Shown here in pieces: positions 57,449 to 57,851 of a DNA stretch of 57,851 nucleotides (position 1 is its first letter; each line of letters starts with the position of its first letter). The notes below the pieces were generated by a model. It had not been told where the DNA came from, ran no database searches, and saw only the letters and a program-made list of their open reading frames with translations. Source of the DNA: a virus (taxonomy: Duplodnaviria; Caudoviricetes); IMG/VR virus record IMGVR_UViG_3300044568_003733, positions 1-57,851 of that record; one strand, written 5' to 3'. A program made the translations under genes and the position numbers.

Positions 57449-57851
57449 TAGATGAATTTAATAAGTTTTGTTTAAATAAAGAGTCTTACTCTCAAATAAG
57501 ACAAGATCTTTTTGTGTTATTTGCACTTGGCTCAGAGCCAGGATTCTTTGTAGAGTTTGGTGCCTGCGATGGAGTTTATTTGTCTAATACCTTCTTGTTG
57601 GAAACTTACTATGGATGGGACGGAATACTTGTTGAGCCACTGACATACTATAATAGAATCATAAAGAGCAAACGAACTGCGACAGTTGAAACTCTATGCG
57701 TTTCTGATAAATCAAATGATTCTGTAGAGTTTATTGAAGTCAGTGGAATGCCTTGCTTATCTGGTGTTTCAGAACATATCTATGATGGTGTTCATGAGGA
57801 TATGATTAAGTCTAAGGGAATTCCTTATAGCGTAAAGACAATCTCTCTGAA
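57445..57851 (+). CDS. FkbM-family methyltransferase, 3'-truncated (not in the track)
   Basis: YSQIRQD, GFFVEFGACDGVYLSNTFLLE, WDGILVEP. Confidence 0.8.
   Translation, partial: MIDEFNKFCLNKESYSQIRQDLFVLFALGSEPGFFVEFGACDGVYLSNTFLLETYYGWDGILVEPLTYYNRIIKSKRTATVETLCVSDKSNDSVEFIEVSGMPCLSGVSEHIYDGVHEDMIKSKGIPYSVKTISL

Noticed and set aside
1-57851. Stop-codon reassignment, tRNAs or structured ncRNAs
   Set aside because: Genes are full length in code 11 and end in TAA, TAG and TGA. Intergenic gaps are short and no cloverleaf was seen by eye; tRNAscan or Infernal would be needed for certainty.

Overview
This is a 57.9-kb segment of a large, AT-rich, long-tailed (siphovirus-type) dsDNA phage genome. 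All confidently called genes but one lie on the + strand. The host is probably a low-GC actinobacterium (inference from leaderless-type promoters, the DnaE/DnaB/DnaG/RecA replisome and the tape-measure motifs). Layout: (1) 1-4284, the 3' part of a giant Asp-box/BNR repeat gene. Its frame is open from base 1 and its 40-aa blades come in blocks of 14, 7 and 7. (2) 4340-12895, a glycan-modification island with a sulfotransferase, five glycosyltransferase-like genes, an FkbM methyltransferase, a GH130-like propeller and a TPR protein. (3) 12898-17906, collagen-like, glycine-rich and LamG virion appendage genes. (4) 18306-42913, portal, protease/scaffold, capsid, neck, tail tube, -1 frameshifted tail chaperone, a 2287-aa tape measure protein and tail-tip genes. 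(5) 43003-56269, replication and recombination genes. (6) 56272-end, an APS kinase/nucleotidyltransferase fusion, DUF2061-like protein, HTH protein and a second FkbM methyltransferase (truncated). I saw no terminase, lysis genes, tRNA, CRISPR array or reverse transcriptase. Best candidates for new biology, all untested: a concertedly evolving multi-propeller adhesin with hypervariable positions; a phage-encoded glycosylation/methylation/sulfation pathway with a possible minimal PAPS synthase; and a tape measure protein divided by repeated xxxGG motifs into possible cargo domains. Family calls rest on motif recognition by eye, not database searches.
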